64,000 nucleotides of DNA, taken from Rebecca billardiae RCC1528 (Eukaryota; Protista; Haptophyta). The DNA is taken from the NCBI GenBank assembly GCA_965240325.2, contig OZ251244.1, positions 372,001 through 436,000 on the forward strand. Reading direction: 5' to 3'. Numbering within the stretch: position 1 is the stretch's first letter; each line of letters begins with the position of its first letter. Of the stretch, positions 46,801 through 58,570 are shown piece after piece. Made by a program: the position numbers and the translations under genes. Under the pieces are notes generated by a model. It saw nothing but the letters and a program-made list of their open reading frames with translations. It had not been told where the DNA came from and searched no databases.

Positions 46801-46958
46801 TGCACGCGCTCGCCGCCGGCGTGAACCCGCGCAAGCCGCGCAGGAGCCGCCCGGTGGGGCCGTCGCAGCCGCCCGCGTGCGCGCGGCCGGACATGTTCGA
46901 GGTGGCGGCGGCCAAGCGCGCCTTCGACGAGGCGGCGGCGGCCGGCAAGTTCAGATGA
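43820..46958 (+). CDS. Membrane hybrid histidine-kinase-like protein with receiver domain and degenerate ATPase domain. Introns 44871-45013 and 45277-45464
   Basis: N-terminal TM helices, H-box VHDLRDPL, DLLDAER, and receiver motifs AEDD...LDQHMPVMDG...IIGMS...VDK. Confidence 0.75.
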
Positions 46959-47668
46959 CATGTCTCAGTCGTGTGCGCATGCATGATTTGCATCTGATTC
47001 ATCTGGACTCGCAGGCGCTGGTCCACTGACCGAGTGTCCGAAGAGTGCGATGCTGTGATTAGCAGTCATTAATACTAATACTAAATAATACATATAATAT
47101 ATATACGATGACTGACGGGCGACGCGCGTTGCCAGCGCAGAATGACGGCTGCTATATAAATAACGGGTCGTATATAGTCACAGTGAATGATACAGCGTGA
47201 TTGATGGCCGCGCCCGCCGTGCGAATCAACCGCGTAGTGTTTCGCTGATGATCGGACCGCAACGACGACACATCTGACTCGAATCTGAGTTTGACATCAG
47301 CGTGCGCCGCCCTGACGCGGTCCGTGTCGTCGGATCGCGAGTCGCTGCCGCCGCACGAACATATCGTCGAGCAGCGGCACCACGCCACGCCGTGTACGAG
47401 CCATTGCCCACGCACGCACGACTCGCGTGGTCGTCCTTGTCCGCTTGACCCGCCGAGCGCGTCTCCGACGACCGAGTGGCAGCGACCGCGCCGCTCCCGA
47501 CTCCCGCGCTGCCGCGCTGCCGCGCTGCCGCGCTGCCGCGCTGCCGCGCTGCCGCTGCCTGCGGTGTGCGACCGTTGTCCAAGCGACGCAGCGAGGCTGC
47601 TGCAGAGCCGCTGCCTGCGCACGCCCCCGTGCCCGCGTGCGCGCTCAAACGGGCACGCGGCAGGCCGG

Positions 47669-48316
47669 CTAGCTCTCTTGTTGCGCCTCCTCCTCCTCCT
47701 CCTCCACGCCGCGCAGGTAGAGCACGTTGTTACATCTGCGCGCGGCGCGGGCGGCGCGCGGGGCGGCACGCGACGCGGCGCACATGGCCGTGCGCGGTTG
47801 AGTGGCCGCGGCGCGAGGGCACGGTGCCGTGGCGAGCGCGGGGCCCGCGCGGTGGCTCGCACGGCGCACACCTGATGAGCACCTCGCCCAGGTTGCCGGC
47901 AAACTGCCCGTCGATCCATTCCTCTGCACTCGCCAGCTGCGGGGGCGTGCAGAACGGCGAGCACGCGGGCGGATGTGGCGGCCGGCCGGTACGAGCGTGA
48001 GCGCGTGGGCGTGCACGCGCGCGCGACGGTCTGGGCGGAGCGATCGCATCGACTCGCGCGCGGGCGCGCGCGCCTGCAAGTTCATGTACGAGTCCACTGA
48101 CACGAGGTACCCTGCACAAGCACGCGTTGCGCACGGGCGCGCACGCACCCAGGCGCGCGTGAGGGCACAGCCCGGCCTGTGGCGCGCCGAGAGGGCGCGG
48201 GGCGTGAGCCGCGGGGCACCTTTGTACTCCATCCCCCACTTCAGCTTGCAGATCACGGGCTTGCCCGTCAAGTCTGCGAGGAAGGGCTTAGGGTTCACCG
48301 GCACGAGCGACGACAT
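47669..48316 (-). CDS. SNRPF: Small nuclear ribonucleoprotein Sm F. Introns 48219-48112, 48073-47937 (GC-AG), 47871-47736
   Basis: [22 protein letters not shown]|[13 protein letters not shown]|[10 protein letters not shown]...GEVLIR|CNNVLY. Confidence 0.95.
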   Translation of the reverse strand: MSSLVPVNPKPFLADLTGKPVICKLKWGMEYKGAPRLTPRALSARHRPGCALTRAWVRARPCATRACAGYLVSVDSYMNLQARAPARESMRSLRPDRRARVHAHALTLVPAGRHIRPRARRSARPRSWRVQRNGSTGSLPATWARCSSGVRRASHRAGPALATAPCPRAAATQPRTAMCAASRAAPRAARAARRCNNVLYLRGVEEEEEEAQQES

Positions 48317-48428
48317 GACGAGACGCTCGACTGCGGGCCGACCGCGTGGAGAGAGGTACACGATGGCGGACGTGGGGCCTTTTTCTGGCCAGCCACCCCA
48401 CACACCTTCGAAGTGCCCGTGGCGGGAG

Positions 48429-50650
48429 ATGGCGGTCGACGGGGACGCGGCGGAGGGAGTGCCGATCGACCCGCGCCTGCTGCCGCGCAGCCGGCTGGGC
48501 GGGCTGCACGATGTCACGGTGGACGAGGACCGGGCGATCCCACCGCCAGGCCCGCTCAGTGCCTCCGCCTCCTCGCCCACAAAGCGCGCGGGTGCGCGCT
48601 CGTCGCCGTCGGCCAAGGGCGCAGCGCCCTCGCCGAGCGTCAAGCGCGCAGCCACCAGCAAGGGCCCGACCGAGGTGCGCTCCGCCCGCTCGGTGCCTGC
48701 CTCGCCTGCCAAACCCGAGCCGCGCGCCCCGCCGCCCTCGGCGCTCACGACGGCCGAGCTGCTTGCCCTGCTTCGGAAGAGCCTGCCAGGAGGCGACGCG
48801 CTGCCGCTGCTGCTTGGCGTGGACGGTGCGTACGCCGCGCCCGCGCTGCTGCTGTCCGTGCCCGTGACGTTCGTGGTGACCAGCAGCATGCTGGCGGGCT
48901 GCGAGGCCGCGGCGGCCGTGTTCGGCGCCAATGGCACGGGCCGGTCGAGCGGCGACGACGGCGGCGGCCATGGCGCAGAGCCGCCGGCGGGTGCCGACGC
49001 CGGCGCGGCGCAGAGCGAGGCGTTCGGTGTGCCGCTGCCGCCGCTGGTGAAGGCACGCCGGCGCTCGATCGACGTGGCGCGGCGCTCCGACGCCGAGCTC
49101 GACCCGTCGCGCCTCGTCGGCGCGCCGAGCGAGCCCTCGTCCTCCGGGTCGCACAGTCAGGAGCTGTCGCATGCGGGCTCAAGTGCAGGCACGCCCGCGC
49201 GCCGCAGCAGCGTGGCGGACGCGCAGCGCAGCGCGGCCCTCGCCGCGCGGCTGCAGCAGCTGGCGGTAGCGCCGACGCTGCAGCTCGAGTTCCTGCGCGC
49301 GGGGCCGCTCGGCCGCGTCGTGCTCTACCCGGCGACGGACGCGGACGCGGACGCGCTTGAGCAGTGCTGGGCGTTCGCCGCCGCGCTGCGGGCTTCGGGC
49401 CGTGCGGCGCACGTGCACGTGCTGGCGGAGGGGGCGACGGCGCTGCTGCGCGAGCTGCCGCTCCTCAGCGTGCACGCGTTCGAGGCCGCGCGCGAGGAGG
49501 GCCGGCTCGACGGCCGCGCGTGGGCGCCCGCCGCGCCCGAGGCCGCGCCCGCCCCCGAACCTTTTGTAGACGCCGCGCGCACTTACTCCTACTCACCAGT
49601 TGAGGAGGTGCTGCCTGGCCGGTTGTTTATCGGGAACTACCTCGCCGCCGAGGACCACGCGATGTGCGCGCGCCGCGCGGCGGGCCCCGCGGGCTGCTGC
49701 ACGCGCCCCGGCGCATCCCGCCCACGCCCACCGCCGCCCGCCGCGCGCGCGTTGCCGCGCATGGCCGCGCGCTGCTGCTATGCAGGCTCCAGAAAGCGGG
49801 TGTTACTCACGTGCTCACCGTGGCTGACAACCTGGAGGACATCAAGCCGCTGCCGCCCGGCGTGGTGCACTCCGTGCTGAGCGTGGGCGACGACGACCCC
49901 GACGTCTCGAGGGCGTTCCGGCCCGCGTGGGAGTTCATGGCCGCAGCGCTCGGGGCACGCGCAAGGTCGCTGTCGCCGCGCGCCGCTCCGCACTCGCCCG
50001 GCGGCCGCATGCCGCCCTCGCCGAGTCGGGGCCGCAGCGGCGGCGGCGGCGCACCGCCGCACTCGCCGGGGCACAAGGCGCCGAGCTCGCCCGCCGGCGC
50101 GCGCGCGCAGCCCTCGCCATCCAAGCAGCCGCGCGCCGCGTCCACCACCGGCTCTCTCGCCGTCCCGCGCGGCGGCGGCGGCGGCGGCGGCGCGGGCGGC
50201 GCGGCCCCGGGCCGGGTGCTCGTGCACTGCGCGGCGGGTGCGAACCGCTCCGCCACCATCGTGCTCTCGTGGCTGGTGAAGCACGAGCGGATGAGCCTGC
50301 GCGCGGCGTGGCAGCACCTGTACACGCGCCGCCCCATCATCGGCCCGCACCTGCCGCTGTGCCTCAAGCTGCTCGAGCTCGACGCGAAAGTGCATGCGCG
50401 GCCGTCGATACTTCTGCGCGAGCTGGAGCCCAGTCTGCAGGAGGCCAGCCTGCGCGCTCGGCACGCGCTGGCACTCATGCTGCCGGCGGCGGCGGGCCCG
50501 GGGCCGGCGGGCGGCGGCGCGGAGGCGAGCGCGGCAGAGGGGCGCGCCGCGCCGCCCGCGCGCGGTGCCGCGGCCGCGGGGCGGGGCGGACCGGCCTCTG
50601 CAGGCCGGGTAGGCGCTGGGTCGCACCGGGGCGTGCCGGTGCGCCCATAG
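48429..50650 (+). CDS. Dual-specificity protein phosphatase (MKP-like). Intron 49664-49785; alternative ATG at 48363
   Basis: [19 protein letters not shown], catalytic [20 protein letters not shown] and RRPIIGP. Confidence 0.85.
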
Positions 50651-51526
50651 CGTCGTTAGCTGCATGGGGCTTGGCGGCGGCGAGTCACAGCCGTGCTGCC
50701 GCGGAGCTGTGCGATGGCGTGCGCGCACTGTGCAGGCTGTGCGAAGCGGCGTCGTGGGCGTGTGCTGCGGGCCGATGGACTCTGCCAGGCCGACAATACC
50801 GCCACCGAACGGGGCGCGGCGCCGGCGCGGGCGGCGGCGCGGTCGTCACCGGCCTGGCGGCCCGTGACGACCGTGTAGCAGTAACACAGTAGTAGTGGGG
50901 CGCTCTGGCCCCTCGTCTAGACGTCACCGCGAGCCAGTACTCAAGGCTGCTGCACTCACTCATCGTCATCATCATCACTATCATGCAGCATCAAATTATT
51001 CACTTTATTGCGTCCGGTCGAGACTCCGGACGAGTCACACTATAACTAGTACGGCACGGCAGACTGTAAGTGAACCCCGGCCCCCGGGGGCCTTGCGCCA
51101 GCAGTTGCGGCCCGCGATGCCGTGCTGCGCGCTACTGCTGCTATAATATAAGCAGTCGCGCGTGCTATATGACGACGACATATCTACGACGACACGACAG
51201 TAGTCGACTCAGAGTCAGACGAAGTCCGAGAGCTAGATCGACGAGCTCTAGGGAGAGCAGTCAGTAGTCAGTACGCAGCCCGTGTAGAATATATACAGGA
51301 TTACAGGGCCGCCGCAGGATTATTCGTACACGCCCTCACGACGGACGACCACTGTGTGAATCACGACTGACTCGGACGACGCATGAGTCGTCAGCACATC
51401 ATCATTATTATTTACATCATCAGACATATTATTGCCAGCAGCATATATCGGCATGATGATTGATGGCGGGCCGCCCGCCAATCGGATTCTGATGACCGAT
51501 ATCGGACGCTGCTGCTGCTGCTGCTG

Positions 51527-51753
<227 letters not shown>

Positions 51754-51802
51754 TCAGATTATAAGATAGTACGTATCACATCAGACATCAGTTCATCATC
51801 AG

Positions 51803-53520
51803 TAGGGGGGCCAAACCGCCCATTTAAAAATGAAAAGCAAAGTCGCGTCGCATTTTCGCTCCGCCCTCGGCCTTTTAGGGTGGCGCGGAGCCTTTTTCTC
51901 GGACCCCGCTCGAAAATCGAGCTCCGACGCCGTCGGACGCTCAGAGCTCGGTTCCGCTCCAGCGCGAGCGGCCGGAGGCAGTGGACCGCCGCGCGCTCGC
52001 GACCTTTGAGACGCCGAGATGGTCTCGGGTGCGCGCGCGCGTGACGCTGGTGTGCGCTACTGACCCGTGCCTTTGCGCCACCAGCGGCTCACCACCCGCT
52101 TCTTGGCCATCTCGCGCCGTGCGCGGCGCGCGTCGGCCGGCTTGAATTGGCGCGCTGCGTGCGCCCGTCACGCTACCGCACGGTGTGGCTCATGATCAAC
52201 TCGCACAGTTGAGATCGATGCTCGCACCAAGTGCCCATGTATGTATGTGGATGCCCAGCTCGCCTAACCTGCCCTGCTGCGCCGGAATCGCCGTCAGCAG
52301 ACCGGCGCGAGCTCGCGCGCAACACCTCCGCGGAGCTCGCAACTGTCATGTTCCGCTTGTAGGGCCCGTGTTTGCACCTGCCGTGGCACTTGCGATGGTC
52401 AGTACGTTGGGTATGGGTCACGTGTGCCCTCTGATGGCGTCTGGGCGCCTCCCATTCGCCTCTCAGGACGTCGCGGGGCGTGCTCGCAGGCAGCGGTTGG
52501 CTCATTCGACAGGTCCGACGTGCACTCGACCGTGCCTGCAAGCGCGCCCCTGTGACGCTCATGCCTGCAGAAGCAGATGCAGATGGGCCCTCATGCACCC
52601 TGGTGCGCCCAAGACCGGCGGGAGCGTCAGAGACCGTCTCAATCTTGACACCTTGCACACGCCGGCGCTTGCCGGTGGGCTCCGCGCAGCCAGCCAGGAG
52701 CGCCGAACAGCGCCGGATCAGCCTCTGTAGGCCGAATATCCGCCCCTAAGCCCAGAAATAGCGCGGAACAGGGTAGTGCGTACCTATATGGACCAATCCC
52801 ATCCAGCCTGGTTTGGTGCAGACACGCCAGCCACCGCCTGGAGCAGACGTTTGCTGCCGAATCGCATGCTCGGCACTGTGCCGCACTGCGACGACGACAG
52901 ATTTGACCTGCCTCGTAGGTCTCGGCCAGGGAGCGGTGACGGTTGGCTCGAGTCACTTTAAACCTTGACTATGACCGAGAGCACTCCCGGGCTAAGGACG
53001 TGGGGCCGGTGCTTTGGGTCTACTATGTCTGCAATACGCCGTACGCGTGGCCGTATACACAGTCTGAAAACGTATCTCGCAGCTCGAGATCAGACGAGGC
53101 TGTATTCATCAGCATGGCGCCTATATACACAGTGGGTATGTAACGATCGGTGGCTTCTAGGAAACTACATATTTGACAGCCTGCCAGTACACAGCCTATA
53201 TCGCATGTTGGGACCTGCTGCTGCTGGGGACTCAGAACGATCTCGCTGAGATGCTCTATCAAAGTGAGGTCGACATGGTCTATATGTCACATATAGGACG
53301 ACCGTTACATACCGTTTCCAATAAGTTCAGGCTCATTCTAATAAGTAAATATGCTAGCCGTTACGCCCTATATTCAGGGTATGTGCACCTGATTTTTTTA
53401 CATGGCCGGCCCAGACCCCTCCAGAGGGCAAATGATCCAGCCCGAAATCAGCTCTAAACACTCGCTAGGACCCGCGCTCGTGGCCGTCAGTAACGCTACA
53501 GTGCCACTTTGGCCCCCCTA
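51803..53520. mobile_element. hAT-like non-autonomous DNA transposon (about 1.7 kb)
   Basis: 13-bp TIR TAGGGGGGCCAAA / TTTGGCCCCCCTA. Flanking direct repeat TCATCAG at 51796-51802 and 53521-53527 (ATCATCAG if the terminal A is counted). No recognisable transposase. Confidence 0.8.
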
Positions 53521-53709
53521 TCATCAGCAGACAGCACACTCTGGGCCCGCGTCGCCGAGTCACGACAGCCGATCGGATGCCGCCGCCGCTACGGTCCCCA
53601 TATGCATCTGCCATGATGCAGACAACATCTCACAATAGCCAGGTGGCCATTATTAGTATTATCATGCATGCTGATCATGATGTCGATGAAAGTTCTGCCA
53701 GCGTCGTCG

Positions 53710-55883
53710 TCACGCGTCGTCGTCGGCGGCGGCCGCGGCGGCGTCACTGCTCGGCCCTGCGTGTGCGCCCTCCGCCTCGGCCGCCGCCTCGGCCTCCGCG
53801 CGGCTCTTCACGTGGCACAGCCTCCCGTCGGGCAGCTGCACGGCGTCGCGCACCAGCCACGCGTCCGCGTCGGTGTCGTAGTACACATCGAGTGGCTCGC
53901 CTGAGAGCGCGCACGTCAGCTCCGTGAGCTCAGCGCCCGGCGGAACGGGGACGGCGATGGCTGCCGAGCGCGCGGCGCGTGCCCCGCCGGAGCTGGCGTC
54001 CGCGCCGCCGCCGAGCGCGGGCGCGTCGGGCCCGTGCGCGCCGCCGCCGCCGCCACCCTGCCCGCCGCCCGCCGCGCCACCGCCGCCGTCTTGGAGGAAC
54101 AGGTTTGTCGGGGCGCTGGCGGTCGGCTCCTGCGCTGTGCCAAACGTGGCCCGCCACGCGCCGGGCTCTCGCAGCCAGGCGCGCGAGGGCGGCGGGCCGC
54201 CTTGCTTCCTGCGACGCAGCGCGGCGCGTCGTTGGGGCCGGGCGCACACGCGCACACGCGGAAATCAGCAGCCGCGTGCCGCGCGCGCAGCCGGGGGCAC
54301 CTGCGCCCAACGCGCCTCCCAGCGACCCCCTTGGGGCATGCTCGCTCCGCGCGCCGCCGCGCGCATGCGCGCCTGGCGGGCGCGCCGCCACCGCTGCGTG
54401 CGGTGCCGGCTGAGCGGAGCGGAGCGGCTGGCCGGCGGGCCGCGCGGCGCGGGCTGCGGGCGAACACAGCGCCAGCGCACCCTCAACCCCCTACCCCTAC
54501 CCCTACCCCTACCCCTACCACCCCGAACCCCGAACCCCTCACTCATCCAACGCACTTGCGCACACACGGCACTTCACACACGCGCGCGCACCTGTTCGTT
54601 CGGGCGAAGTGGGCGTCGATGTGCGCGCGCAGCTGCTTCTCCGCCCCGGCGGGGAAGCGCACGCCCGAGCGCGGGCACTGCAGCGGCTGCGCCTCGTACA
54701 GCCTGAACACCGCCGAGCGCCGCTCGAACGGCCGCGCGACGCGAGGCGCGAGGGACGCAAGCGCGCCGCCGCCGCCCGCGCCAATTGGGAGCGCCTGAGG
54801 CGCGGGCAGCAGCTCGTGCGAGGCGAGCGCGGCGTACAGCTCGAAGATGTTGGAGCACGGGCCGGGTGGGAAGGCGGGCTTGCTGCCGCCGCCGCCGCCG
54901 CCGCTGCCGCCGCCGCCCGCCGCGGACGGCGGCGGCTGCGACGGCGGCGGCGGTGGCTGCTGCTGCTGCTGCTGCAGCGGCGGCGGCGGCGCGCGGCGCT
55001 GCGCGGGCGGCGCCGCTGTGTGCCCCTGCCGCCACGACTTGAGCTCGGCGAGCTCGGCGACGAGGCTCGAGCGCCCGGCGATGATCGCGCCGTCGCCCTC
55101 GAGCGCGAGCAGGTACTCGTACATCCGGATCAGCTCGTCCGCGTCGGCGAGCAGCTCCGGGTTCGGCGCAGCCGTCCCGACGTGCCGCGCCACCTCGCGC
55201 CTCAGGGAGGCCATCTGTGGCGGCAGCCGCGGGCCGGCGGAGGTGCGGAGGGCGGGGCGCGGCGGCGGCGGCGCGGGCTGCTGCTGGCGCGTGTACGCGG
55301 GCGGCGCGGTGGGCGGCGCCGAGCCGCCGGCCGCCGCCGAGCTCGGCGCGGTGGGCGCGGGCGCGGCCGGCGGCGGCGTGGGCGCCCGGACCGCGCCGCC
55401 CGCCGCCGCGCCGCCCGCACCGTCGGTGCGCGCGCGCTTGGCGGCGCTGGGCGCCGGCGGCGGCGGCGGCGCGGCGGTGCCGCGCGTCTTACGCAGCAGC
55501 TCCTCCAGCACCGGCCGCGGGTACGCGCCCGCCGCCTCCCACACGTTGAAGAGCTTCAGCAAGTTGGTCTGCGTCGAGCTGCTCGCGCGCAAAAACGCCG
55601 GGACCATCACGCCGAGCAGGCGCTTGGCGAGGTGCTCGCGGTACGCGGAGGCGAGGGTCTGCGTGAGCGAGTCCCACAGGTAGATCACCGTGAGCATGCG
55701 CTCGGGCGCCGCCGTCGCGATCTTGCGCGCGAGCAGGTCGACAATTCTGGGCGCGGAGCGCGCGTTCTCCTGCGCAATCATCGTGAGGGAGAGGATGGCG
55801 GGCTTGCAGTTGGCCTTGGTGAGGCGCTGGAGCTCGTCGAGCTCGGCGTCGAAGGAGATGAGCATGTCCTCGTCCGCTGGCAT
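53710..55883 (-). CDS. PCF11: Pre-mRNA cleavage/polyadenylation factor PCF11-like. Intron 54591-54209
   Basis: N-terminal CID (NCKPAILSLTMIAQEN...IYLWDS), then LYE..P.QC..SGVRF...H.D.HF, SR.W and C.LSGE..D.YYD...DAWL..DAV. Confidence 0.85.
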
Positions 55884-56036
55884 GGCGCCGGCCGACGCCG
55901 CCGCGCGGCGGGGTGCGTCCGCGGCCACGCGCAGCGAGCGAGCGAGGCGCCGCCCTGCTGCCTGCTGCCACTGGCGCTGGCGTCCGGTCGGGGCACTCCG
56001 CCACTCCGGTGCTCCTTCGAGGAGTCGCAGCGAGCA

Positions 56037-58478
56037 ATGTGGCGGCATGGCGGCCGGAGCGCGCGGCTGGGCTCGCCTCGCGCGCACGGCGCGGGCGCGC
56101 GCGCGCGGCGCTGGCCCTGGCGCGTCGTGCTCTGCGCCGCGGCGCTCTGCAGCCTCGCGCCCGGCCTGCTCTGGCTCAACCACGGCCGCACCGCACCCGC
56201 GCGGCGCGGCGCGGCGCGCGGCGGCGACGGCGGCCCGACCATCGCGCCGGCGAGCGCGCTTGCGCTCTCGCTGCCGGCGTTCGTCGAGGGCAAGGCGGCG
56301 GGCGCGGACGTGAGCGGGCGGCTGCCGCGCTCGCTGCGCGCCGCCGACGTCCTCGTCGGCGTGATGAGCTGCGCGCGCTACCACCGCACGCGCGCGCGCG
56401 CGCAGCATGGCGCGTGGGCGGCAACGTTTCGTCGGCTCGTTCTCTTCACCGACGCCGTCGACGAGGGCGCGCGCGAGCTGCGCGTGCCCGTGCGCGCGCA
56501 CGGGTTCGTGCGCCGCGCGGGCGAGCGCACCTACCTCACCGGCGCGTGGCGCGCGCTGCCGCTCGTGCGCGAGCTCGCGGAGGCGGTGCTGCGCATGCCG
56601 GAGCGCCACCGGCCCAAGTGGGTATTTACTTGCGACGACGACAGTTACGTGCTCGCGCCGAATCTGTTACGCACGCTGGCGGCGTACAACGCGTCCGAGC
56701 CGGTGTACATCGGCGCGGCGACGCTCTCGCCGCCCGAGCTCGCCGGCATCACGCCCGGCGCGTACCAGCCCCACTTTGCCAACGGTGGGCCGGGCTTTGC
56801 GATGAGCGTGCCCGCGCTGCGGCTGTTTGCGTCGCGCGCGCGCGCGTGCGAGCAGGAGCTGGCGAGCGATTGGATGGGCGACATGCGCGTCTCGCGCTGC
56901 TTCGCCGAGCTCGGCGTGCCGGTGACGTACGAGCGCGGGCTGCACACCGAGGGCCCCACCGAGATGCTCGCGCGCGGCGCGCTCTCCACGCCGGCCATCG
57001 CCTTCCACCACCTGAGCGCCGAGCAGAGCGCTCTGCTGGGCGCGGCCGGCGCGCATCAGCTGGTCGAGCGCAGGGCGGGCGCGCTCTCCACGCCGGCCAT
57101 CGCCTTCCACCACCTGAGCGCCGAGCAGAGCGCTCTGCTGGGCGCGGCCGGCGCGCATCAGCTGGTCGAGCGCAGGGCGGGCGCGCGGCGGCGCGGCGCG
57201 CGCGCGGCGGGTGGGGCCGGCGGGGGCGAGGCGTGGGCGCGCGAGGAGGCGTGGGGGCCGCTGCCCGAGGCCCTGGAGTGGGACTTTGGCGCGCTTGCCT
57301 TCCGGCGCGTCGAGGGCACCTACCACAGCATCTGGCTGAACCTCACACTGGGATGGGAGGGCTCGGCGCGCCGGCTGGGCGCGGCGCCGCTCGCGGGGGG
57401 CGCGCGGCGCGCGCCGGCGGCTGCGCTGCCCGTGGTGCGCGCGCACGAGCTCGAGAGCTTCTCGCGCGCGCGGCTCGGGCGCGGCGGCGCAGGCCTACGC
57501 TTCGTGCAGCGGCTGCGCGGAGGCGCGTGCTACTCAGAGCAGGGCGAGATCCTCCGCGGCCACGCCATCTCGATCGAATTTGCATGCGCCCCGGGCAGCT
57601 GGCAGCCGGCGGGCGGCGGGGGCGCCGACGCGGCCGCGGCCGCGGCGGCGGCGGCGGTGGCGAGGTCTGGGTGCACCCCGGTGCCACACACCCACGGCCT
57701 CATCGCGGTGTGCGCCGCGCGCGCCGACCGCTGCACCGCGGCTGTGGACCTCTCAGTGCCGTGCCCGCGCGCGCGCGCACGCACGCGCGCCGGGCTAGAC
57801 ATCGGCACAGCGCCGGGCGGCGCGGACGTGGCGGCGGATGGCGTCGCCGTGGGAGCGTGGCGGGGCGGCGTGGACGGCGCGTGCGGGCTCGAGGCGTCGC
57901 GTGGCGCGGCGCCGCGCGCCGCCCGGCCCTCCTGCGCGACACTCGGCGCGCCAGCCCTGGACCTTCACCTCCAGCTGGCAGTTGGCGAGCAGCAGCTGAC
58001 GGCACCGGTGCTGAGCGTAGTCACGCCGAGTGGCGGCGGCGGCGGCGGCGGCGCGGGCGCGCGGCTCACGGCCTCGGCCACGGTGGAGGGCAGCGATGGC
58101 GCGCTGCACGCGGCGGCGAGCACGCGAAGCACGGGCGGCGCGCGCGCGCCCGCGCACCGCCCCGCCTTTGTGCTGCAGGCCGGCGCGCCGCCGGCCGACG
58201 ACGGCGACGCGGCCGGTGCGGGGGCAGCCGATGGCGACGAGTTGGGCCTGAGCACGGGCGCAGCGTGGGCGTGGCCTGCGGGCGTGCACGCGCGGCCGCT
58301 GCTCATCCGCGTGCATCACGAGTGCGCGTCACCGCCAGCGGGTGGCAGCGCGTCGCAGAGCAGCGCGCACGTCGTCCGGCTCTCCCTGGGCGTCCCGGGC
58401 TACGCGAGCGTGCGGCTGGCCTGGATGTTCGACTGCGCCGCCTCGTCGGCGGATGCAGATGCTGTCGTCAGCAGATGA
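56037..58478 (+). CDS. Type II membrane GT31/Fringe-like beta-1,3-glycosyltransferase with long Cys-containing C-terminal extension
   Basis: N-terminal TM, KWVFTCDDDSYV (DxD), PVYIG, GGPGFAMS, DMRVSRC and FHHL. Confidence 0.85.
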   Translation: MWRHGGRSARLGSPRAHGAGARARRWPWRVVLCAAALCSLAPGLLWLNHGRTAPARRGAARGGDGGPTIAPASALALSLPAFVEGKAAGADVSGRLPRSLRAADVLVGVMSCARYHRTRARAQHGAWAATFRRLVLFTDAVDEGARELRVPVRAHGFVRRAGERTYLTGAWRALPLVRELAEAVLRMPERHRPKWVFTCDDDSYVLAPNLLRTLAAYNASEPVYIGAATLSPPELAGITPGAYQPHFANGGPGFAMSVPALRLFASRARACEQELASDWMGDMRVSRCFAELGVPVTYERGLHTEGPTEMLARGALSTPAIAFHHLSAEQSALLGAAGAHQLVERRAGALSTPAIAFHHLSAEQSALLGAAGAHQLVERRAGARRRGARAAGGAGGGEAWAREEAWGPLPEALEWDFGALAFRRVEGTYHSIWLNLTLGWEGSARRLGAAPLAGGARRAPAAALPVVRAHELESFSRARLGRGGAGLRFVQRLRGGACYSEQGEILRGHAISIEFACAPGSWQPAGGGGADAAAAAAAAAVARSGCTPVPHTHGLIAVCAARADRCTAAVDLSVPCPRARARTRAGLDIGTAPGGADVAADGVAVGAWRGGVDGACGLEASRGAAPRAARPSCATLGAPALDLHLQLAVGEQQLTAPVLSVVTPSGGGGGGGAGARLTASATVEGSDGALHAAASTRSTGGARAPAHRPAFVLQAGAPPADDGDAAGAGAADGDELGLSTGAAWAWPAGVHARPLLIRVHHECASPPAGGSASQSSAHVVRLSLGVPGYASVRLAWMFDCAASSADADAVVSR

Positions 58479-58570
58479 GCCGCCCGCCGGCCGTGAGCAC
58501 TGAGCCGCGATGAGGCGCAGGCGCGCGCGCTGCCCGATACTCGGTAGTAGTATATCTATTTATATATATA

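Noticed and set aside
25651-46958. Bacterial contig or recent bacterial insert, given the OmpA-like and histidine-kinase domains
   Set aside because: Both genes contain spliceosomal introns of the host style and sit among eukaryote-specific genes (tubby, SmF, PCF11).
54609-56036. N-terminal part of the 1289-aa ORF
   Set aside because: It is the antisense shadow of PCF11. The glycosyltransferase starts at ATG 56037.
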